DNA from: Candidatus Melainabacteria bacterium SSGW_16
Lineage (GTDB): Bacteria; Cyanobacteriota; Vampirovibrionia; 2-02-FULL-35-15
DNA length: 64,000 nt
Assembly (NCBI GenBank): GCA_004769085.1
Contig: DUDS01000019.1
Coordinates: forward strand, 446 to 64,445
Direction of reading: 5' to 3'
Positions within the stretch are counted from its first letter, which is position 1. Each line of letters begins with the position of its first letter. The notes beneath the pieces were generated by a model. It saw only the letters and a list, made by a program, of their open reading frames with translations, did no database searches and had not been told where the DNA came from. Both the position numbers and the translations under genes were made by a program. Below are positions 9,247 to 17,816 of this stretch, one piece after another.

Positions 9247-9360
9247 TTAAGTGTGCTTACACAAAAGCGAAACCCATACCCTAAGCGCAGCGTTGGAAGC
9301 GCCAAGCGGACAAGCGGAGCATGGGTATGGGTTGAGCATAAAAAGTGTAAGCACACTTAA
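9247..9360. repeat. GC-rich ~113-bp nested-hairpin element, copy 1 (TIR ttaagtgtgcttacac / gtgtaagcacacttaa)
   Basis: Perfect 16-bp terminal inverted repeat. Inner stem aaacccataccc / gggtatgggtt. GC-rich core in an AT-rich genome. It lies 10 bp after the fliR stop and is near-identical in architecture and sequence to 22676-22788. Confidence 0.85.
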
Positions 9361-9369
9361 ATAACAGTA

Positions 9370-10155
9370 CTAATACAAATACCTGTTAGGATCCAGAAAT
9401 AGTTTTGCTAAAATCTGAAACAAAGCCGGAAGAAGAATCAACATGAGCAATATACCTACTGAAGGTTTTATTGAAAAACTAACCTGAAAAGCATTAATCT
9501 GAGGGGCAGCTCTCGACATAAGACCAAGTATTAAATCAACAGTAAGAAGTATCATAATAATTGGTGAAACAATAAGAAATGCAATTGAAATTAAATCTGC
9601 AGTAGCTTTTAAAAGTTTAAGAAAATTAAAATTAAAGCTGTATACAATTACCGGGAAAGTATTATAACTTTTGAATAGTCCTTCAATAACCTTTTCCATT
9701 CCTCCAATTGAAACAAAAATCACAAGTCCAAGCATATTAAAGAAATGTCCCATTATTGTTGTTTGACTTTGTGTACCAGGATCAAAAACAGTTGCTGCAT
9801 TTAATGCCATCTGCGAATCAAGCATTTCACCTGCAACCCTTGCAATCTCAATCACAAGGCTTGAAACCCACCCGATAAACATTCCAATCGCTGCATTCAT
9901 AAAAATCAGATAAATAAATTTATAACCCTTTGGATATTCTGAAGGTGTATCAATCATTGGCATAAATATTAATGAGAGTACAATTGCAAAACCTACCTTT
10001 ACAAGTGCGGGTATTTGTTTGCTTCCAATTAATGGTGCTGTGCTTATAAAACCAATAGTCCTTGCAAAGATCAACAACAAAATAATCCATACCCCGCCCA
10101 GTTGGGTAAGAATTTTTGTTTCATTAATTATAAAATCAAACATCAAATACCTCAT
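9370..10155 (-). CDS. fliR: Flagellar type III export gate component FliR
   Basis: 261-aa polytopic membrane protein. ARTIGFISTAPLIGSKQIPALVKVGFAIVLSL matches the FliR N-terminal region. It is the last gene of the fliPQR operon. Confidence 0.8.
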   Translation of the reverse strand: MRYLMFDFIINETKILTQLGGVWIILLLIFARTIGFISTAPLIGSKQIPALVKVGFAIVLSLIFMPMIDTPSEYPKGYKFIYLIFMNAAIGMFIGWVSSLVIEIARVAGEMLDSQMALNAATVFDPGTQSQTTIMGHFFNMLGLVIFVSIGGMEKVIEGLFKSYNTFPVIVYSFNFNFLKLLKATADLISIAFLIVSPIIMILLTVDLILGLMSRAAPQINAFQVSFSIKPSVGILLMLILLPALFQILAKLFLDPNRYLY

Positions 10156-10931
10156 TCAAGCCAGGTGGGTGGCACCTGATCCTTTGGAGCAGTATCAGAT
10201 TCATTTACAGTTTTTGGATTGTCTTCAATTACATCCTGAATACCTATAGGGGAAGCATTTTGAGCAGGGGCTTGTATTTCATTTACATTTGCCTGAGGAT
10301 TTTCATTCTGCTTAATAATATTTGTTGCCGGTGAAGGCACTGGTGTAGGGGTAGGGGTTGGAGCAGGAGCAGTCTGAATATTTGTTAACTCTTGTTCTTT
10401 AACATTTAAAGAATCTGTCTGGGTTTCAATAATTTTATTTTGGTTTATCGGAATAGAAGGCGGCAATAGTTTTGTTATCTGAGGAGGATTTGGAACTTCA
10501 GGTGCACCGGCGTATGGTACTCCAGGCGGCACACCCCCCTGAGGAAGAAGCTCTTCAATTTTTTCAGCCTTGGGAAGTTTTGGTACAGGAATCTCATTCT
10601 CTTCATCAAAAGTAATATTAAATTTATTTTCATCAAAAGCACCTGTAGGGACTGCTTTTTGTGATTGTTTAGGCACAAATGAAAAGGCCGAGTTAAGTGT
10701 CCTTGTTGCATATTGATTTAAATACTGATACATCCAGAAACCTGCAATAATAATCAGTCCAAAAACCCCGATAATTTTTAATGCAGAACCAATTGTCTGT
10801 TCCTGCACCTGTGTAGCAGCCTGCAGAATACCAATCACAAGACCAATTAATGCAGCAGCAAGCACAAGAGGTCCTGAAACAATCAATACAACGATTATTC
10901 CATCCCTAACTGCTTGTGGCATCCATTCCAT
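10152..10931 (-). CDS. fliQ: Flagellar export gate component FliQ with ~170-aa Pro/Gln-rich C-terminal extension
   Basis: The first ~88 aa (LAAALIGLVIGILQAATQVQEQTIGSALKIIGVFGLIIIAGFWM) align with canonical 89-aa FliQ. The ORF then continues through a low-complexity P/Q/T-rich tail (PTPTPTPVPSPATN) and overlaps the fliR start by 4 bp. Confidence 0.7.
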   Translation of the reverse strand: MEWMPQAVRDGIIVVLIVSGPLVLAAALIGLVIGILQAATQVQEQTIGSALKIIGVFGLIIIAGFWMYQYLNQYATRTLNSAFSFVPKQSQKAVPTGAFDENKFNITFDEENEIPVPKLPKAEKIEELLPQGGVPPGVPYAGAPEVPNPPQITKLLPPSIPINQNKIIETQTDSLNVKEQELTNIQTAPAPTPTPTPVPSPATNIIKQNENPQANVNEIQAPAQNASPIGIQDVIEDNPKTVNESDTAPKDQVPPTWLE

Positions 10932-11050
10932 TTTTTATTTGAAAACATTTAGGCTTAAATGTTTTCTTTCCTCCTCGGCGCTCAAAATATTGCTCCTCGC
11001 AACATTTTTCGCTTATCTACTTATCCCCCTTGTACAGATGATATCTCAAG

Positions 11051-11701
11051 CTAATTAAAGCTCTGGACAAGCCCTTTAATAATAAGCGTCCAGCCATCTA
11101 CAGCTACAAATATTAATAACTTAAACGGAAGAGAAACAATAGTCGGAGACAACATTATCATACCTAAAGCAAGAAGTATATTAGCGATAATAAGATCAAT
11201 CACAAGAAAAGGAATGAAAATTAAAAACCCAATCTGAAATGATGTTCGCAATTCACTCAACAGATACGCTGCTACAAGCTCTCTGAAACCAACCTGATCA
11301 GGATTTTTTGGATTTGGAGATTTACTCAGACGATAAAAAAAAGCTAAATCTTTCATGTCAGTCTGCTTCAGCATATAATTTCTAAGTGGTTTATATGCTT
11401 CTCCAACTGCCTGTGGTACAGACATCTGCTGATTACTAAGAGGAATAAGAGCCTTCTCATTCATCTGCCCCAGAGTAGGACCCATTACATAACCAGTAAG
11501 TATAATTGCCATTCCGATTATTACCAGATTTGGCGGCACCTGCTGAGTACCGATTGAGGTTCTAAGCAAGGAAAGAATAATTATTATTCTTAAAAAAGGA
11601 GTCATCGTGACTACTATTAATGGAAGCATTGAAAGCAGAACAAGCAGTACTACTATCTGTAAGGATGGTTCTAAATTAGGCAGAAGATTTTCCCAGTTCA
11701 T
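11051..11701 (-). CDS. fliP: Flagellar export gate component FliP
   Basis: TPFLRIIIILSLLRTSIGTQQVPPNLVIIGMAIILTGYVMGP matches the FliP signature (FTRIIIVxxLLRxALGT...PPNQV). Confidence 0.85.
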   Translation of the reverse strand: MNWENLLPNLEPSLQIVVLLVLLSMLPLIVVTMTPFLRIIIILSLLRTSIGTQQVPPNLVIIGMAIILTGYVMGPTLGQMNEKALIPLSNQQMSVPQAVGEAYKPLRNYMLKQTDMKDLAFFYRLSKSPNPKNPDQVGFRELVAAYLLSELRTSFQIGFLIFIPFLVIDLIIANILLALGMIMLSPTIVSLPFKLLIFVAVDGWTLIIKGLVQSFN

Positions 11702-11711
11702 TTTTTATACC

Positions 11712-11972
11712 TTAAAATATCCTTATCCCTTTTTGAGAAGAAAATAGTTTTAGTTTTTCACCAGCAGGCATTAGAAGTTCATAAAGAGCAGATTTCAGAA
11801 TAACCTTCTTTTTCTTTACAATTTTTATATCAGGAATCCCTGTTAATGCGCCATAAAGCAGCCTTGCAGCAATATTTGATTCTTTTGCTACCCAGAATGC
11901 AAAGAGAGAAACCAGTCCCCCGCCAAGAAAAATAATCATTAGTTTTAATAAAAATGAAAAAATAAATTCCAT
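11712..11972 (-). CDS. Small single-pass membrane protein, FliO/FliZ-like by position
   Basis: 86 aa with one hydrophobic helix (IIFLGGGLVSLFAFWVA). It sits between the fliN-like gene and fliP, where fliO usually lies. The call rests on position only. Confidence 0.4.
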   Translation of the reverse strand: MEFIFSFLLKLMIIFLGGGLVSLFAFWVAKESNIAARLLYGALTGIPDIKIVKKKKVILKSALYELLMPAGEKLKLFSSQKGIRIF

Positions 11973-11975
11973 CTT

Positions 11976-13166
11976 CTATGTCTCTTCAAGGTCTTTCAAT
12001 GCATCAGCAAAAGAAGATGACTGTTCAGTTTTTGTCTGCTGCCCTTTTCCGAGAAGATCATCTATTTCCACAGTAGAACCAGTTGTCCCCTTGGCACCTT
12101 TCTTGGAACCAATCAACAGATCTGTAATCCTCATCCCAAACTGGTTTCCAATAATTACAAGTTCACCTTTTGCAACCGGCTTACCTTGTGCAGTTAAAAC
12201 AAGTTCAGAATCAAGCACCGGACCCAATGGAAGAACACCGCCTGATTTAAGTTCCAGGACCTGCTTCAAAGGAATTAACACCTTCTGGAATTCCGCGGAT
12301 AACTCCAGAGGAAGACTTGAAAGCGGGTCATCATCGTAATTTTGTGGATTTTTTGCCATCTCTTTGGCCAATTGATTTATATTACTAATCCCCTGTAAAA
12401 AAACAGGGTGATCGCTTTCTGGTAAGACGAGACTTATTTCACCTAAGTGCCAGTAAAATTTGCTAATATCACTATCTTCAAAAACAAGAAGGTCCCCGGA
12501 CTCCAGAGACTTGACATCATTCACCGAAACCCTCGTAGAGCCAACTTTTAAGCTAATTGGGACCTTTATACCCGTATTAGCAAGTTTGTTAATATCTATA
12601 ACTTGTTTTCCTTCAAGTGTAACTTTTTTTGGCTTTAAGCTTGCAGGTATACCATATGCAATTCTCCCGATCTCTGCCTCTTCTGATTCAATTAACCATA
12701 CAAGATATATTAAATCCAAAAGATATGCATGTTTTACATCAACCTCCCAGTACTCTCTCATTTTATTTTCAATATTTACAAGTAATCCCTGAAGTATCTG
12801 AATCTCAAGCTGTGTAATTCTTTTTATGCTGAATGGCTGGTTTACAGGAGATGGTCCAAAAGCATGGTTCAAGAGGAAATCAGCCAGCTTCTCATCTATT
12901 CTTATCTGACCATTCTGATTATTATGCTGCCATGAACCTGCAAGTCCAATCCAATTATTTAAATCCAAATCAAGAAGTATTGCAACAATTTTTGTTTTTA
13001 CCCTCAAACCAAAAAATTTTAAAAATATATCCTGTAAATCAATATTTTGATCTGACCACTGAAAAAGGTTATTAATTAAAGGTTCATTTACAATTTGAAA
13101 AGAATCAGGTTTTAGTGGATTCAACCCAATTTGTCTTATTAGCTCTTTGTTCTTATTCTTTGTCAT
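11976..13166 (-). CDS. Flagellar motor switch protein, FliN/FliY family (SpoA domain) with long N-terminal region
   Basis: LVLTAQGKPVAKGELVIIGNQFGMRITDLLIGSKK matches the FliN SpoA surface-presentation domain (GEVVVV.DKFGVRITDI). It is the first gene of the fliOPQR operon. Confidence 0.6.
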   Translation of the reverse strand: MTKNKNKELIRQIGLNPLKPDSFQIVNEPLINNLFQWSDQNIDLQDIFLKFFGLRVKTKIVAILLDLDLNNWIGLAGSWQHNNQNGQIRIDEKLADFLLNHAFGPSPVNQPFSIKRITQLEIQILQGLLVNIENKMREYWEVDVKHAYLLDLIYLVWLIESEEAEIGRIAYGIPASLKPKKVTLEGKQVIDINKLANTGIKVPISLKVGSTRVSVNDVKSLESGDLLVFEDSDISKFYWHLGEISLVLPESDHPVFLQGISNINQLAKEMAKNPQNYDDDPLSSLPLELSAEFQKVLIPLKQVLELKSGGVLPLGPVLDSELVLTAQGKPVAKGELVIIGNQFGMRITDLLIGSKKGAKGTTGSTVEIDDLLGKGQQTKTEQSSSFADALKDLEET

Positions 13167-13221
13167 ATTAGAGAATACCTTTTAAATTTCCCGTTCTTAA
13201 TGTTATTATTCCCTTTTTTAC

Positions 13222-13256
13222 TCAGGTGGCTCGCTCATAATGAGACTCGCCACCTT
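13222..13256 (-). promoter_or_regulatory. Conserved 35-bp imperfect palindrome (motif A: aaggtggcgagtctcattatgagcgagccacctga) upstream of fliN-like operon
   Basis: Identical 35-mer at 31286-31320 upstream of gyrA, in the same orientation relative to the downstream gene. Arms are AGGTGGC/GCCACCT with a central CTCAT-t-ATGAG. Confidence 0.6.
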
Positions 13257-13294
13257 TCACTAGTACACTTAATATAGGCTAAATTTAACAGTTT

Positions 13295-13328
13295 AAAGGT
13301 TTTGCCAAATAAATTGGTCAAAACCTTT
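13295..13328 (-). promoter_or_regulatory. Conserved dyad motif B (aaaggttttgNccaa-N5-6-ttggNcaaaacct) upstream of fliN-like operon
   Basis: A near-identical dyad at 31214-31245 sits 40 bp upstream of motif A in the gyrA leader. Here it lies 38 bp upstream of motif A on the minus strand. Confidence 0.55.
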
Positions 13329-13392
13329 CTCGTCTAGTAGTTTAAAATATTATCTTGAATTTAAAAATCAGTGGTAATTTTAAGAAGCAAAA

Positions 13393-14274
13393 ATGAAAGA
13401 AGTTGAAGTACCAGACTATTTTACCCCTAATCCTAAAAGGCCACTGGAGGCTGACAGGCTTATTGAATTTTTAAGGAAGTTCTGGGGTTATTTCTTAACT
13501 GCAATTTTTTTACTTATGTTTCTCTCAGGATCTATAGTCAGGGTGGGTGCCGGAGAGAGAGCAGTACTCTTCAATATTTTTGGTGGTGTTGAAAAAAGAA
13601 TTCTGGGTGAAGGAATTCATATAATTGCCCCATTCATTCAGAAAGCAACTGTCTATGACGTAAAACAAGCAACTTACAGTTTTGCATCTGAAGATCAAAA
13701 CAGTCAGGGACATATTGTAGGTGGGGAAATTCATTCCCTAACCTCAGATGGTCAGAAAGTAGATATCGAATTAAGTGTTCGCTTAAGACCTGTTCCTGAT
13801 AAATTATGGTTGCTCCACAAGCACATAGGACCTAATTACCTTTATAAAATTGTAGTTCCAAAAACAAGAACTGTTTTAAGAGAAGTTCTTGCTGCTTACC
13901 CTGTTGAAGATGTTTATAGCGGAAAAAGGCAGGAGATACAAAACATGATTCAGGATTTTCTTAAAAAAGATCTTGAAAAAAAATATTTCATTGAGGTTGA
14001 AGAAATTCTATTCAGGAATGTAAAGTTTTCAAAGGAATTCCAGGATGCAATCGACAGAAAACAGCAGGCATATCAGGAATTCTTAAAAATGGAATATGTA
14101 GTTGCTGGAGAACGCGCGAAAAAAGATGCAAAAATATCACAAGCTGAGGGCGAAGCCAAAGCAATTAATCTCAGAGTAAATGCATTAAGATCAAATCCTG
14201 ACTTTATAAGGTACAGAAGAGCACAGGTTTTTGGAAAACGGGCAAAACTTATCTTCACAGATAATTTTGATTAA
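13393..14274 (+). CDS. SPFH/band-7 (prohibitin/HflK-C-like) membrane protein
   Basis: N-terminal TM helix followed by VRVGAGERAVLFNIFGGVEKRILGEGIHIIAPFIQKATVYDVKQATYSF, a PHB-domain core. Confidence 0.8.
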   Translation: MKEVEVPDYFTPNPKRPLEADRLIEFLRKFWGYFLTAIFLLMFLSGSIVRVGAGERAVLFNIFGGVEKRILGEGIHIIAPFIQKATVYDVKQATYSFASEDQNSQGHIVGGEIHSLTSDGQKVDIELSVRLRPVPDKLWLLHKHIGPNYLYKIVVPKTRTVLREVLAAYPVEDVYSGKRQEIQNMIQDFLKKDLEKKYFIEVEEILFRNVKFSKEFQDAIDRKQQAYQEFLKMEYVVAGERAKKDAKISQAEGEAKAINLRVNALRSNPDFIRYRRAQVFGKRAKLIFTDNFD

Positions 14275-14292
14275 GGAGAGAAACCCATTAAA

Positions 14293-15162
14293 ATGGAAAA
14301 AGAAAATCTCATAGCAATAGGAATGGCAATAACCTTTTCATTGTTTTGTATCTTAAGCGGTTCAATGATAAGAGTAATTCCAGCCGGTTATGTTGGTGTT
14401 GCATTTAATTTGTTTGGTGGTGTTGAGAAAAGAATACTGAATGAAGGAGTTAACTTTTTAATTCCATTTGTTGAATCTGTAACAGTATATGATGCCAGGA
14501 AAATCTCATATAACTTTTCCGACAATTACGACAAATCCATTGTAGGTCCAAGTATCAAATGCCAGACAAATGACGGTCAGAATGTTTCAATCGATGTAAC
14601 AGTAATAGCACATATAAACAAAGAGAAAGCATGGAACCTCCACCAAAGTATAGGAAGAGACTATGGAGAAAGATTAATCGTACCTCAAACCAGAAGTATT
14701 TTCCGAAATATAGTTGCAAAATACCCGATTGATACGGTGTACACTTCAGGAAGAACAGGGCTTGCAAGAGATGCTGAAGACTCACTCAAGCAGTCATTTC
14801 TAAAAAGCGGGCTACAGCTGGATGAGTTATTAATCAGAGCAATAGGTTTTTCACCTTCATTTGCTGAAGCTGTTGAAAGAAAACAGATCGCGCTTCAGGA
14901 ATCACAAAGACAAAACTGGATTAAAAAAACTGCTGAAAGAGAAAAAGAAAGAAAAATTATTGAGGGAGAAGGAGATGCAATTGCAGTTAGTGTAAAAGGA
15001 ATGGCACTTCAGCTTGATCCAAAGATTGCAGAGCTTGAATTTCTTGAGCAGTTGGATCAGAGGAATACTGAGATTCAGGTTATTACAGGCACTAAAAGTG
15101 CAATTCTTTCTATAGGCGAACTTTTTAATAATCCTACAAATGAACTGCCAAAGAAAGAATAA
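14293..15162 (+). CDS. SPFH/band-7 protein, tandem paralog
   Basis: IRVIPAGYVGVAFNLFGGVEKRILNEGVNFLIPFVESVTVYDARKISYNF, same architecture as the upstream gene. Confidence 0.8.
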   Translation: MEKENLIAIGMAITFSLFCILSGSMIRVIPAGYVGVAFNLFGGVEKRILNEGVNFLIPFVESVTVYDARKISYNFSDNYDKSIVGPSIKCQTNDGQNVSIDVTVIAHINKEKAWNLHQSIGRDYGERLIVPQTRSIFRNIVAKYPIDTVYTSGRTGLARDAEDSLKQSFLKSGLQLDELLIRAIGFSPSFAEAVERKQIALQESQRQNWIKKTAEREKERKIIEGEGDAIAVSVKGMALQLDPKIAELEFLEQLDQRNTEIQVITGTKSAILSIGELFNNPTNELPKKE

Positions 15163-15172
15163 TCTTTAAATA

Positions 15173-16261
15173 ATGAAAAAGAATTATTTAAGAAACCCAA
15201 AAGGTTCACGTGACTGGCTTCCTGACGAAGTTATTAAACAAGAATTTGTAAGACAGTCACTGGTAAAGGTTTTTGAGCTTTGGGGATATCAGCCAATTCA
15301 AACACCAATTTTAATCAACCATGATACCCTAAGCTTAGGAAGTAAAAAGCTTTCAGATATTGCGTTTAAACTTATTGGCGAACACGGTGAGCTACTGGCT
15401 TTGAGAGCAGATTTAACCACACCAATTGCAAGGGTAACTGCAGAAAGATTACAGGATCAAAAAAAACCACTAAGGTTTTACTACGTTGGGAAAGTGTTCA
15501 GATACCATGCACGGAAAACAACAAATGAAAGAGAGCTTTATCAGGTAGGAATTGAATTAATAGGTGTCAGAGAAGGAATTTCAGATTTGGAATGCCTTGG
15601 AATTCTTTCTGACGGCTTAAAAAAATCAGGTTTGAAAAGTTTTTTAATCCTCATAAACCATTCTTCGTTATGGAATGAGCTTTTCAGATACTTTAAAGAA
15701 ATAGCTTATGAACTACATAAAGCACTCTCACAAAAAAATCTTATTTTATTCAACTCAATATTAAAAAAATCAAGACTTACAAAACCTGAAAAAGAATTCT
15801 GGGAAAAACTCATACAAATAAAAGGAAAGACAGACGCTATAAAACAACTAAAAGAACTAAACAGAAAAATAAAAAAACTCAAACTTAAAAACGTAATTTC
15901 ATACTTTGAAAAAGTGCTGAATTTGTTTGAAGAGAATGTTGAAATAGATCTAAGTTTTACAAGTGATCTTGATTATTATACAGGAATATATTTTGAAGCA
16001 GTTACAGAATCACTTGGGAGAAGCCTAGGATCAGGAGGAAGATATGATCAATTAATAAATAAATTTGGATTTAACATACCTGCAGTTGGTTTTTCCCTTT
16101 GTCTTGAAGATATACTACTTGCTCTTGAAAACCAAAAGAAAGAGTTTTCAAAATTTAATCCTCCAAAACTAATAAAAGCCAGTACGAAAAACATAAAGTC
16201 AGTATTTAAAAATATTTCCAGGCTGCATAAATCAAATAAACATGCATCATTAAGTTTATGA
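15173..16261 (+). CDS. hisZ: ATP phosphoribosyltransferase regulatory subunit HisZ (HisRS-like, no anticodon-binding domain)
   Basis: Class II aaRS-like core (RFYYVGKVFRYHARKTTNERELYQVGIELIG) at 362 aa. It is immediately followed by, and overlaps, a short-form hisG. Confidence 0.7.
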   Translation: MKKNYLRNPKGSRDWLPDEVIKQEFVRQSLVKVFELWGYQPIQTPILINHDTLSLGSKKLSDIAFKLIGEHGELLALRADLTTPIARVTAERLQDQKKPLRFYYVGKVFRYHARKTTNERELYQVGIELIGVREGISDLECLGILSDGLKKSGLKSFLILINHSSLWNELFRYFKEIAYELHKALSQKNLILFNSILKKSRLTKPEKEFWEKLIQIKGKTDAIKQLKELNRKIKKLKLKNVISYFEKVLNLFEENVEIDLSFTSDLDYYTGIYFEAVTESLGRSLGSGGRYDQLINKFGFNIPAVGFSLCLEDILLALENQKKEFSKFNPPKLIKASTKNIKSVFKNISRLHKSNKHASLSL

Positions 16262-16884
16262 AAAACAAAGAAAAGCACAATCTGGTCATTGCAATTCCAA
16301 AAGGTTTTTTACATGATGGAACATACAAATACCTTTCAAGAGGCGGGATCAATTTTACCGAACAGTCCACAACCACTAGAGAGCTTGTTTTTTACGATAA
16401 AAAAAACAAAATTAAGGGACTTCTTGTAAGACCAAATGATGTAACAGTATATGTTGAACATGGAAGTGCTGATGTGGGAATTGTAGGACTTGATCTTTTA
16501 AAAGAACAAATACCCGATGTAGTTATACTTAAAGATTTAAATTTTGGCAGGTGCAAACTTGTTTTAGCAGTAAAGAAAAATTCAAACTACAAAACAGTGA
16601 GGGATCTGCCTGCAAATTCAAAAATTGCAACAAAGTTTACAAAATTAGCAAATGATTTTATTCATAAAAAAGGACTTAGTGCAGAAATTATAAAACTCTA
16701 TGGTTCCGTTGAGCTTGCACCAATTGTGGGATTAAGCGATGCAATTATTGATTTGGTTGCAACAGGAAAAACACTTACTGCAAATGACTTAGTCTCTATT
16801 GAAACAATTCTTGAAAGCAGCGCAGTGTTAATAGCTAATCCTGTTTCTTTTAAATTTAAAAGGACATTGATTAATTCTTTATAA
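16258..16884 (+). CDS. hisG: ATP phosphoribosyltransferase, short form
   Basis: 208 aa. LVIAIPKGFLHDGTYKYL...VRPNDVTVYVEHGSADVGIVGLDLL...KLVLAVKK is typical of HisG(S). Confidence 0.8.
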   Translation: MKNKEKHNLVIAIPKGFLHDGTYKYLSRGGINFTEQSTTTRELVFYDKKNKIKGLLVRPNDVTVYVEHGSADVGIVGLDLLKEQIPDVVILKDLNFGRCKLVLAVKKNSNYKTVRDLPANSKIATKFTKLANDFIHKKGLSAEIIKLYGSVELAPIVGLSDAIIDLVATGKTLTANDLVSIETILESSAVLIANPVSFKFKRTLINSL

Positions 16885-17791
16885 GAAGATTTTTATTTTT
16901 TCCTTCGGGGTTATAAATATCATTTCTCCAGTCACTTGTTTCTTTAAGTATCTTAATTAGATCCTGAGAACTGGACTTGCCCATAGTCAAAAGCCCATTC
17001 AGAGTGGAAGTATATAAAGGAATCAATTTTTCAATGTTATTAAGATTAGAAGTAATCAGATCTCTGCTCAGCTCAGGATTTCCGCCAGCAATCCTGCTTA
17101 TATCCCTAAAACCGCTTGAAGCCAACAATAAAGAAAGAGTGTTTAATTCTTTATCCTGATGATCTTTTACGAGGCTACAAAGAGCTGAGGATATTAAAAG
17201 GGGAATATGACTGATTAAAGCCACTGCTAAATCATGTTTTTCAGGGGAAACGGTTACAGGAATTGCACCAATTTGTTTAATCAAATCTTTTAATTTATTT
17301 AAAGCTTCATTATTTTCTTTACCAAATGGTGTTAATACCCAGGCTGCATCTTTAAAAAGGTTATCAGTGCTTGATTTAAATCCTGCATTTTCGGTTCCAG
17401 CCATTGGATGTCCTCCAATAAATATGATATTTGCAGGTAAAACATCATTAGCAATCTTACAAATATCAGACTTTGTACTCCCAACATCAGTAAGAATAAT
17501 TTCATGTTTAACTATCTCAGCAATCTTTTTTATATATTGTTTAATTAACAAAAGTGGTACAGCCAGAACAATTAAGTCAACGTCATTTAAAGAAGCAGAA
17601 TCTAAAACAGTAAAGCCTTTATCAATTGCTTTTTCATTGAGTGCAAGTTTAATTGTTTCTTCTGATCTGGTTATACCAGTTATGTAATAATTTTTCTCTT
17701 TCAGAGCTTTAGCAAGTGAGCCCCCAATTAATCCAAGCCCTATAATTGCAATGTTTTTAATATTATTTTTCATATCGGGTAACGCTTCCAT
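16871..17791 (-). CDS. tyrA: Prephenate/arogenate dehydrogenase
   Basis: NIAIIGLGLIGGSLAKALKEKNYYITG Rossmann motif; catalytic region DVGSTKSDI...GGHPMAGTE. Confidence 0.75.
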   Translation of the reverse strand: MEALPDMKNNIKNIAIIGLGLIGGSLAKALKEKNYYITGITRSEETIKLALNEKAIDKGFTVLDSASLNDVDLIVLAVPLLLIKQYIKKIAEIVKHEIILTDVGSTKSDICKIANDVLPANIIFIGGHPMAGTENAGFKSSTDNLFKDAAWVLTPFGKENNEALNKLKDLIKQIGAIPVTVSPEKHDLAVALISHIPLLISSALCSLVKDHQDKELNTLSLLLASSGFRDISRIAGGNPELSRDLITSNLNNIEKLIPLYTSTLNGLLTMGKSSSQDLIKILKETSDWRNDIYNPEGKNKNLLIKN

Positions 17792-17816
17792 TATATATTG
17801 AGGTTATCGTTTTATA

